NCBI RefSeq assembly: GCF_006345805.1
Contig: NW_021824836.1
Coordinates: forward strand, 1-64,000
Reading direction: 5' to 3'
Source: Octopus sinensis
Taxonomy: Eukaryota
DNA: 64,000 nucleotides
The translations under genes and the position numbers were made by a program. A model generated the notes under the pieces. It was not told where the DNA came from. It did not search any database and worked only from the letters and a program-made list of their open reading frames with translations. Below, piece after piece: positions 53,801 to 64,000 of the stretch (its first letter is position 1; the number at the start of each line of letters is the position of its first letter).

Positions 53801-54335
53801 GCACCTTACAGTTAACGAAGATGAGTACAAGAGTGCGCGCGTTTCGGAAATCTTCGTTACACTGATCGCTACTACATCTATATCTAGTGACCTGAAAGCC
53901 TACATCATAAGTATGCCGAATCGGGGTTACCTTAGGGCTAAACTACAACGACTCCACCACCAACTAATCTGTTACTTTGTGACGGTACTTGTTTTATCAA
54001 CCAATACGGGATTAACTCACTGAAGCTAATCCGATTAACTTCAAATTTAATGCTTCTTGGGGATTTAAAACTGATGCCGTTAATTAGGATTATTTCTTAT
54101 TGAAAAGGGGCCATTCGAAAACAGAAGTAGCAGGATCTATTTTATGAACGAAGCATGTTCCCGGCATACATGGAAATCTACACACGTTTCCTACTGACTT
54201 CTTCCGACTAAGCAATAAATATTAATACCAATGAGTGAGTGTTTACATGGTCATACAACTAACATAGAAATAGCAAGCAATTCTCACTCAGATCACCTCT
54301 TACTATCTCATGTGTGCGTTTGTTTATATATATAT

Positions 54336-54370
<35 letters not shown>

Positions 54371-54589
54371 ATATATATATCACGTGATCACGTGACCGAC
54401 CAGGCTATCAGATGTTGCTACACATCGCTGGTCACAATGCGCTTCGCATTGTTTTAGCCTTCAAATGACGCCACCCCGCTGGCTAAGCGAGCAGGCCATA
54501 TATATATATATATATATATATACAGAGAAAGAGAGAGAAAAAGAAAGAGAGAGAGAGAGAGAAAGAGAGAGAAAGAGGGAGAGAGAGAA

Positions 54590-54628
<39 letters not shown>

Positions 54629-54921
54629 CAGACAGAAAGACAAACAAACAAGTCCTACTTATGATCAACGGCGTTCCAGCCTTGACTATAATACTTTTGT
54701 AAAACACCAATATTGAAGCTAGAAATAGTTGTCAAATCGCCCTCAAATCACACACACACACTCAAAAACAGAAGTCCATGTCAGATAATGTAATTAAGTT
54801 TTCTGAAGAAAAACAAATAAATAAAAGACAGCATTATCAAGGTTGGAACATCTGACACGGGTCGACTGGATCAGAGGCGATAGCAACAACGACCGTACCA
54901 AATGCCCTTTCCACAAATACC

Positions 54922-57903
54922 TATTTCTATTTCTTTATTACCCACAAGGGGCTAAACACAGAGGGAACAAACAAGGACAGACATAGGTATTAAGTCGATT
55001 ACATCGACCCCAGTGCGTAACTGGTACTTAATTTATCGACCCTGAAAGGATGAAAGGCAAAGTCGACCTCGGCGAATTTGAACTCAGAACGTAACGGCAG
55101 ACAAAAACCTATTTCTTTATGACCCACAAGGGGCTAAACACAGAGGGGACAAACAAGGACAGACATAGGTTATTAAGTCGATTACATCGACCCCAGTGCG
55201 TAACTGGTACTTAATTTATCGACCCCGAAAGGATGAAAGGCAAAGTCGACCTTGGCGGAATTTGAACTCACAACGTAACGGCAGACAAAATACCTATTTC
55301 TTTATGACCCACAAGGGGCTAACACAGAGGGGACAAACAAGGACAGACATAGGTATTAAGTCGATTACATCGACCCCAGTGCGTAACTGGTACTTAATTT
55401 ATCGACCCTGAAAGGATGAAAGGCAAAGTCGACCTCGGCGGAATTTGAACTCAGAACGTAACGGCAGACAAAATACCTATTTCTTTATGACCCACAAGGG
55501 GCTAAACACAGAGGGGACAAACAAGGACAGACATAGGTATTAAGTCGATTACATCGACCCCAGTGCGTAACTGGTACTTAATTTATCGACCCTGAAAGGA
55601 TGAAAGGCAAAGTCGACCTCGGCGGAATTTGAACTCAGAACGTAACGGCAGACAAAATACCTATTTCTTTATGACCCACAAGGGGCTAAACACAGAGGGG
55701 ACAAACAAGGACAGACATAGGTATTAAGTCGATTACATCGACCCCAGTGCGTAACTGGTACTTAATTTATCGACCCTGAAAGGATGAAAGGCAAAGTCGA
55801 CCTCGGCGGAATTTGAACTCAGAACGTAACGGCAGACAAAATACCTATTTCTTTATGACCCACAAGGGGCTAAACACAGAGGGGACAAACAAGGACAGAC
55901 ATAGGTATTAAGTCGATTACATCGACCCCAGTGCGTAACTGGTACTTAATTTATCGACCCCGAAAGGATGAAAGGCAAAGTCGACCTCGGCGGAATTTGA
56001 ACTCAGAACGTAACGGCAGACTAAATACCTATTTCTTTATTACCCACAAGGGGCTAAACACAGAGGGGACAAACATGGACAGACATAGGTATTAAGTCGA
56101 TTACATCGACCCCAGTGCGTAACTGGTACTTAATTTATCGACCCTGAAAGGATGAAAGGCAAAGTCGACCTCGGCGGAATTTGAACTCAGAACGTAACGG
56201 CAGACAAAATACCTATTTCTTTATGACCCACAAGGGGCTAAACACAGAGGGGACAAACAAGGACAGACATAGGTATTAAGTCGATTACATCGACCCCAGT
56301 GCGTAACTGGTACTTAATTTATCGACCCCGAAAGGATGAAAGGCAAAGTCGACCTCGGCGGAATTTGAACTCAGAACGTAACGGCAGACAAAATACCTAT
56401 TTCTTTATGACCCACAAGGGGCTAAACACAGAGGGGACAAACAAGGACAGACATAGGTATTAAGTCGATTACATCGACCCAGTGCGTAACTGGTACTTAA
56501 TTTATCGACCCTGAAAGGATGAAAGGCAAAGTCGACCTCGGCGGAATTTGAACTCAGAACGTAACGGCAGACAAAATACCTATTTCTTTATGACCCACAA
56601 GGGGCTAAACAGAGGGGACACCAAGGACAGACATAGGTATTAAGTCGATTACATCGACCCCAGTGCGTAACTGGTACTTAATTTATTATCGACCCTGAAA
56701 GGATGAAAGGCAAAGTCGACCTCGGCGGAATTTGAACTCAGACGTAACGGCAGACAAAATACCTATTTCTTTATGACCCACAAGGGGCTAAACAAGAGGG
56801 GACAAACAAGGACAGACATAGGTATTAAGTCGATTACACATCGACCCCAGTGCGTAACTGGTACTTAATTTATCGACCCTGAAAGGATGAAAGGCAAAGT
56901 CGACCTCGGCGGAATTTGAACTCAGAACGTAACGGCAGACAAAATACCTTTTCTTTATGACCCACAAGGGGCTAAACACAGAGGGGGACACAAGGACAGA
57001 CATAGGTATTAGTCGATTACATCGACCCAGTGCGTAACTGGTACTTAATTTATCGACCCCCCGAAAGGATGAAAGGCAAAGATCGACCTCGGCGGAATTT
57101 GAACTCAGAACGTAACGGCAGACTAAATACCTATTTCTTTATTACCCACAAGGGGCTAAACACAGGGGACAAACATGGACAGACATAGGTATTAAGTCGA
57201 TTACATCGACCCCAGTGCGTAACTGGTACTTAATTTATCGACCCTGAAAGGATGAAAGGCAAAGTCGACCTCGGCGGAATTTGAACTCAGAACGTAACGG
57301 CAGACAAAATACCTATTTCTTTATGACCCACAAGGGCTAAACACAGAGGGGACAACAAGGACAGACATAGGTATTAGTCGATTACATCGACCCCAGTGCG
57401 TAACTGTACTTAATTTATCGACCCCGAAAGGATGAAAGGCAAAGTCGACCTCGGCGGAATTTGAACTCAGAACGTAACGGCAGACAAAATACCTATTTCT
57501 TTATGACCCACAGGGGCTAAACACAGAGGGGGACAAACAAGGACAGACATAGGTATTAAGTCGATTACATCGACCCCAGTGCGTAACTGGTACTTAATTT
57601 ATCGACCCTGAAAGGATGAAAGGCAAAGTCGACCTCGGCGGAATTGAACTCAGAACGTAACGGCAGACAAAATACCTATTTCTTTATGACCCACAAGGCT
57701 AAACACAGAGGGGACAAACAAGGACAGACATAGGTTAAGTCGATTACATCGACCCCAGTGCGTAACTGGTACTTAATTTATCGACCCCGAAAGGATGAAA
57801 GGCAAAGTCGACCTCGGCGGAATTTGAACTCAGAACGTAGCGGCAGACGAAATACCGCTAAGCATTTCGCCCGGCGTGCTAACGTTTCCGCCAGCTCGCC
57901 GCC
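54922..57903 (-). repeat. Tandem array of 16 x ~184-bp SINE-D units behind a single SINE head
   Basis: Unit starts about every 184 bp (54926, 55109, 55294, 55477, 55661 ...57675); head at 57856-57903; TSD TTTCCACAAATACC at 54908 and 57905. Confidence 0.95.
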
Positions 57904-58419
57904 TTTTCCACAAATACCACAACAGGAAACTTGTTGTTTCATAGTGGTACTTTTTCTTTTCTTTTTCTTTTTGTTTTTTCAGCTTTGATCGGGCTTGGTC
58001 AGATAGATCTTATTGGCAAAAGGAGTCCAGCTTTGGTCATCCGATCCTTTCATTTCAACGCGGTGTTTGTGAGACCACGTTGTCTAATATCTCCTGTATT
58101 GTGTAAACATGTGTAGTATTTGGAGTCAGCGCCATGTGCAGATTCGTATGTTTTATTTTATGCATTGTATTCTTTTTCAAGACTGTAAGGAAGAGGATTT
58201 AGCTGCTATCTCTAGCATGCCACGCTGTCATGTGAAACTCCTCTCTCTCTCTCTCTTTCTCTCCCTCTCTCCCCACTCTCTCTCTCTCCCTCCCTCTTGC
58301 TTGTGGTTGTTGGTTCAATTGTATAAAAAGTACGATGAACGGAAATCAAAGATATCTAGGACAGCAGAGTTGAACAAAATTCTACTTAGAAAATAAACAA
58401 CTAAGTAACAATGAAAAGG

Positions 58420-58577
58420 AAGTATGTATGTATGTATGTATGTATGTATGTATGTATGTATGTATGTATGTATGTATGTATGTATGTGTGTACGTGCTAT
58501 GTATATATGTATGTATGCATGTATATATGTATGTATGTATGAATGTATGTATGTATGTATGAATGTATGTATGCATG

Positions 58578-58611
<34 letters not shown>

Positions 58612-58641
58612 TGTATGTATGTATATATGTATGTATGTATG

Positions 58642-58675
<34 letters not shown>

Positions 58676-58793
58676 TGTATGCATGTATGTATGTATGTAT
58701 GAATGTATGTATGTATGTATGTATGTATGTATGTATGTATGTATGTATGTATGCATGTATATATGTATGTATGTATGAATGTATGTATGTATG

Positions 58794-58827
<34 letters not shown>

Positions 58828-58971
58828 TGTATGCATGTATGTATGTATGTATGTATGTATGCATGTATGTATGTATGTAGGTAGGTAGGTAGGTGAATGT
58901 GTGGGTGGGTAGGTGTATGTAAGTATGTATGCATGTGTGTATGTTTGTATGTGTGCGTTTATGTATGTATT

Positions 58972-59013
<42 letters not shown>

Positions 59014-59113
59014 CATAGATATATATATATACATACATACATAGATATATATACATACACATACATACATACATACACACACACATACATACATACATAC
59101 ATACATACATACA

Positions 59114-59145
<32 letters not shown>

Positions 59146-59160
59146 CATATATATATTTAT
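58420..59160. repeat. (TATG)n then (TA)n/(CATA)n
   Basis: Direct reading. Confidence 0.95.
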
Positions 59161-59469
59161 GCAATGTAATATATGTACATTAAGTGCATATGTATGTTTG
59201 TATGTATTTACGTACGCTTGTCGGTGTATGTGTATGTAAGTAGGTGTAGCTGTGTGTATAATACGTATGTATGCATGAATGTATATATTTATGAATAATT
59301 TTCATTGACATTATTTAAATTCTTCTTCGCAGAATTCAAGGCGGTCACTAACAAAGTGACAAGGCACCTTTGTTTGAGTCAAGGCAGTTCCAGTTATTTG
59401 TTGTGAATATGTGAGTGCGAGTTGATGTATGCAGATATGTGAGTGGGTGTATGTTTGCATATGTGTGTG

Positions 59470-59527
<58 letters not shown>

Positions 59528-59669
59528 GTGTGTGTGTTTAGATAAATGAGTATGAGTGAATCTGTTTTGCACCCAAGTAATGAATGTATAATAATACACT
59601 TAAGTACACGAATGTGTATTTGCTTTTTATGTATGTATGTATGTATGTATGTATGTATGTATGTATGTA

Positions 59670-59745
59670 CAGCAATCCCTCGACTATTGCGGGTGTTACA
59701 TTCCAAAACCCCGCGCAATAGGTAAACATCCGCGAAGTAGAAACA
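59670..59745 (+). mobile_element. Tigger/pogo-like MITE end
   Basis: TA|CAGCAATCCCTCGACTATTGCGGG resembles Tigger-type TIRs; truncated by the adjacent SINE. Confidence 0.45.
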
Positions 59746-59751
59746 GTACCG

Positions 59752-59977
59752 TACTCTCTTTTACTCTCTTACTCTTTTACTTGTTTCAGTCACTTGACTG
59801 CGGCCATGCTGGAGCACCGCCTTTAGTCGAGCAACTCGACCCCGGGACTTATTCTTTTTGTAAGCCCAGTACATTCTATCGGTCTCTTTTGCCGAACCGC
59901 TAAGTGACGGGGACGTAAACACAACCAGCATCGGTTTCAAGCAATGTTAGGGGAACAAACACAGACACACAAAACAC

Positions 59978-60040
<63 letters not shown>

Positions 60041-60135
60041 CATATATACATTGGGCTTCTTTCAGTTTCCGTCTACCAAATCCACTCACAAGGCATTGGT
60101 CGGCCCGGGGCTATAGCAGAAGACAATTGCCCAAG
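59752..60135 (-). mobile_element. SINE family C, 5'-truncated
   Basis: Reverse complement of family C. Confidence 0.88.
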
Positions 60136-60615
60136 ACAATTCTTGGGGTTTGTATCTACCTGTATTGTTTAATGTACACATATATGCGTACGTGTCAAAA
60201 TAGCACAAAATGTGTGTACGTTTCATTATTTTCTATGTACATGCATACGTGTGTAGATATATGATTCAGTTCATATGTTCTCCCAGGTACATAAAATGGC
60301 GAGTCTCTGAAATGTTTTGCAAATTTTACACTGTTCCGCTAATCGATTGTATCTGAAGAAAGCGAATCAGTTAACTCTGTTGTTTGTTTGTTTTTTAAGA
60401 ACCGAAGTATTTCTAGTCTTTTTTTATTTTTTTGTTAATGCAGGTCTGTTGTTGTACAGATCAGTTGAGTCATGATAATAGGAACAAATGAAAATCTATA
60501 ACCCGGACTTAAAATGTACAACTTTTGTTCCCTGTCCCATACAATTATATCTGACCTGTTGTGCTTACACTGATTGCTACTCTTATGAACGTATATATTT
60601 TATATTTTATATTGG

Positions 60616-60847
60616 AAGGCGGCGAGCTGGCAGAAACGGTAGCACGCCGGGCGAAATACGAAGCCGTATTTCGTCTGCCGTTACGTTCTGAGTTCAAATT
60701 CCGCCGAGGCTGACTTTGCCTTTCATCCTTTCGGAGTCGATAAATTAAGTACCAGTTACGCACTGGGGTCGATGGAATCGACTTAATCGCTTTGTCTGTC
60801 CTTGTTTGTCCCCTCTGTGTTTAGCCCCTTGTGGGTAGTAAAGAAAT
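60616..60847 (+). mobile_element. SINE family D monomer
   Basis: Full head and tail; TSD TATATATTTTATAT. Confidence 0.9.
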
Positions 60848-60999
60848 ATATATTTTATATGTACACACACACTCACACACACGCACGCACACATACACAC
60901 ACAAAGTTTTCATTCGTACCTCAGTGATTAAGCATTCTCCAGTCTTGTATAATAAAATAATGTATTCAAGGAAGAGAAATAATCCTTTATATTATAGGC

Positions 61000-61200
61000 A
61001 CAAGGTCTGAAATTTTAGCGGGAGAGGGTTAGTTGGTTAGATCGACCCCAGTACTCGACTGGTACTTATTTTTATACGACTCCGAAAGAATGAAAGAGAA
61101 AGTTGACCTCCGCAGAATTTGAACTCTGAACGTAAAGGCCGGAAGAAAAGCAGCTAAGCATTTTGTCTCGCTTGTTAACTCTTCTGCCAGCTCACTGCCT
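61000..61200 (-). mobile_element. SINE family D, older subfamily
   Basis: Degenerate body and head. Confidence 0.75.
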
Positions 61201-61389
61201 TCAAGTGAGAGAAATGATAGGAAGACATATATAGCCCTTTATGCAAATCAGAAACTGGAAAATAAGAGATTGATGCTTCTTTGATGAGAATTTATGAATT
61301 GTATGCTGATAAAAGAACCCCCTAAAACGAAGAGTTTCAGACACATGCAAATCTGAGAACAATCTCATTACATTTTCTTTGAAATATAA

Positions 61390-61780
61390 TCTCTATATCT
61401 ATGAACGGCAAAATGTCTGTGTGTCTGTGTATCTGTGTGTCCTTTATACAAATCCACAGTTTTTCATGTAAAAGACTCGCATTTTCTATGGGCTTTCAAA
61501 ACTGTCTGAGGGTGATCGTGAAGATCTTTTCATTTCCCCAGTCACCCCAGAAAGCCATTAAAAAATCGATAAACCGACCCCTTTTGCCCATAAGTTATGG
61601 GCATATGGGCATTGCCAAAGTCCAATGAATATTAATTACTCTCATAAACGACAAAACTGGCCCGGGCTGAAATGTGATAAGAAACTTAGCTCTTGATTTA
61701 GTGAGAAATTTTTTACTGCGACCCGTCAACGAACAACAAGCACTTGCACTAGACCCGGCAACGCCAGGTCATAGTGCTAG
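61390..61780 (+). mobile_element. Non-autonomous Helitron-type element, second family
   Basis: A|TCTCTATATC start; GACCCGGCAACGCCAGGTC hairpin then CTAG|T. Confidence 0.7.
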
Positions 61781-62045
61781 TGTTAATATAAATTCTAAAT
61801 AATCGCTTATTTGTTCAATGAAATCTATGAGAGTTATACAGGATAAAACCTCTAGGATGCGGGGCAAACTCAATCCTCACCTTCAATACATCTAGCTTAT
61901 TTTTCATCTGTTTTTTTTTTTTAATGAAATTAACAATTAAGATACTAGCTTTTCACCAGATGTAGCCATTAATATAACTTTATCGTATTCAGTTGGAGAT
62001 TACCTTCTACGTCAGGATGTCTACACCTTAATACACTTAATCAGT

Positions 62046-62430
62046 GGAGGCGCAATGGCCCAGTGGTTAGGGCAGCGGACTCGCTGTCATAGGATCGCGG
62101 TTTCGATTCCCAGACCGGGCGTTGTGAGTGTTTATTGAGCGAAAACACCTAAAAAAGCTCCACGACGCTCCGGCAGGGATGGTGGTGATCCCTGCTGTAC
62201 TCTTTCACCACAACTTTCTCTCACTCTTACTTCCTGTTTCTGCTGTACCTGTATTTCAAAGGGCCGGCCTTGTCACTCTCTGTGTCACGCTGAATATCCC
62301 CGAGAACTACGTTAAGGGTACACGTGTCTGTGGAGTGCTCAGCCACTTACACGTTAATTTCACGAGCAGGCTGTTCCGTTGATTCGGATCAACCGGAACC
62401 CTCGTCGTCGTAACCGACGGAGTGCTTCCA
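62046..62430 (+). mobile_element. SINE family A, full length
   Basis: Near identical to other A copies; short TSD CTTAATCA. Confidence 0.92.
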
Positions 62431-63038
62431 CCACTCTTAATCAATTTCCATTTGCATACTAAATTTTCACGCGAAACTCGCTCTATACACATGCATATCA
62501 CACATTTCTACACCTTGGTTACCTTCAATTTTGAGCATATCAACAAACCACCACCATATGATGCAAATGCACTTAGTCATCCCGATAATCCACTCCAACA
62601 CAAGCATCAAAAGTAAACGTAAACACAAAACAAAATTCAGCACAATATATCAAGCATACAATATATTTTTACCTCGATTCCATAAAAATAGTTGTTTATG
62701 TTATAAAATGAATTGCTGTTGATTCAAGGAATGCAACATAAGTTTTAAAATATCTGTCTACCGCCTCTTCCCGGCTAAACAAACATTCACTATCGAATTA
62801 CTTTTAAAAAAATCTCATACTACCTGTGACCATTATGTGGACAAATCTGATGATTGCCGGATTAAGATAGCGATAACGTGACTTTAACTATGGTATATAT
62901 CTTCCTCTTAGCATGAACCTTTGGCAGTTTGTTGTAAATAGGAAATTATATATAATATAATTTTAAACATTACTGCATTATATATATATGTGTGTGTATG
63001 TATATGCATGTATTTGTGTGTGTGTGTGTGTGTGTTGT

Positions 63039-63592
63039 GAAGGCGCATGGCTCAGTGATTGGAGCGTCGAGCTTACGATCGTGAGATTGTGAGTTCGATT
63101 CCCGGAACGGGCTGCGTGTTGTGTTCTTAGGTAAGACACTTTATTTCACGTTGCTCCAGTTAACTCAGTTGTCGAAATGAGTTGCGACATCACTGGTGCC
63201 AAACTGTAACGGCCCCTTTGCCTTTCCCTTGGATAACACTGGTGGTGTGGAGAGGGGAGGCCGGTATGCAAAGGCGACTGCTGGCCTTCCACAAACAACT
63301 GTGCCCGGGAGGGTAACTTTCTAGGTGCAATCCCATGGTCATTCATGACTGAAGGGGTCTTTACCTTTTTACTACTTGATTAGTCAGGGTCCCCAGCTAA
63401 GGGTTGATTGGCATTCTAAGCACAAAGCTTCACTGCCTTGTGAGTGTCTTAGGAAAGAAGAGGCTAGGGGAATCAGTCTCCACAGCAAACCTGGTGCCCT
63501 CTTTGACATCCTTCGGAAACTCCAGGGTAGGTGGAGCTGTCCAGTTCTGTAAAACAATTCATCAAGGAGAAGGCCACTCCGATGTAGGGTCT
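63039..63592 (+). mobile_element. CORE-SINE (63039-63365) fused to an RTE-5'-like segment (63366-63592)
   Basis: Inverted counterpart of 31770-32329 with the same junction. Confidence 0.75.
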
Positions 63593-63879
63593 CCTCCCGT
63601 GTGTATGTGTGTGTGTGTATGTGTGTGTGTGATTGAAATTGGTAGATTTTTCGTCTTTATCATTTATCCTCTTCATTTCTGCGACGCTCGTGTTCAAACA
63701 GCTCTCTTGCAACCGAAATGGTTTTGACGCTAGCTTAGTGATTTACTCCTTATTTCCTTAGGTTTTCAGATCATTGTCGGTCTTCTTCAATCGAGTTTAT
63801 CTTTATAACGTCCAAATTATGGGGTCACCACACAGTGTCAATGTCCCGGCAGAACTCAAGGCATTGTAATGCTGTTAAG

Positions 63880-63924
<45 letters not shown>

Positions 63925-63928
63925 GTTA

Positions 63929-64000
63929 GGCGGCGAGCTGGCAGAATCGTTAGCACACTGGGCGAAGTGATTAGTGGTATTTCGTCTGTTGCTACGTTCT
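63929..64000 (+). mobile_element. SINE family D head, runs off the window
   Basis: GGCGGCGAGCTGGCAGAATCGTTAGC after (CTA)n. Confidence 0.85.

Noticed and set aside
54922-57903. CRISPR-like array
   Set aside because: Units are contiguous and near-identical with no unique spacers; the sequence is a eukaryotic SINE and no cas genes are present
57981-58070. Exon candidate after a strong polypyrimidine-AG
   Set aside because: Weak donor, no recognisable peptide; such tracts are common in this AT-rich DNA
63366-63480. HDV-like ribozyme (long hairpin followed by GGCTAGGGGA)
   Set aside because: The P3/L3 segment is too short and lacks the P1.1 pairing when fitted by eye; needs a descriptor search

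Overview
This is repeat-dominated animal genomic DNA, most likely intronic or intergenic. The SINE families and the very high microsatellite load suggest an octopus or other coleoid cephalopod; that assignment is inferred from remembered repeat families, not from a search. No host protein-coding gene could be confidently identified, and nearly all ORFs in the supplied track are translations of microsatellites or SINEs. The window holds four recurrent tRNA-headed SINE families (called A-D here) and decayed LINEs: three R4/Dong-like copies in (AAT)n, RTE-like and L1/Tx1-like fragments. It also holds a Penelope-like GIY-YIG remnant, a mariner pseudogene, three non-autonomous Helitron-type elements, a 1.1-kb solo LTR with a TSD and four long fold-back/MITE elements. 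Three observations stand out. (1) SINE-D forms tandem multimers at four loci, all with the same junction inside its own head; one is a 16 x 184-bp array with a 6-unit higher-order period inside a single TSD, and one has young units nested inside an older copy, which suggests self-targeted insertion. (2) Three Penelope-type minimal hammerhead ribozyme motifs cluster at 9.4-9.9 kb. (3) A CORE-SINE fused to a probable RTE 5' end occurs twice with the same junction. Coordinates were read by eye and may be off by a few bases.
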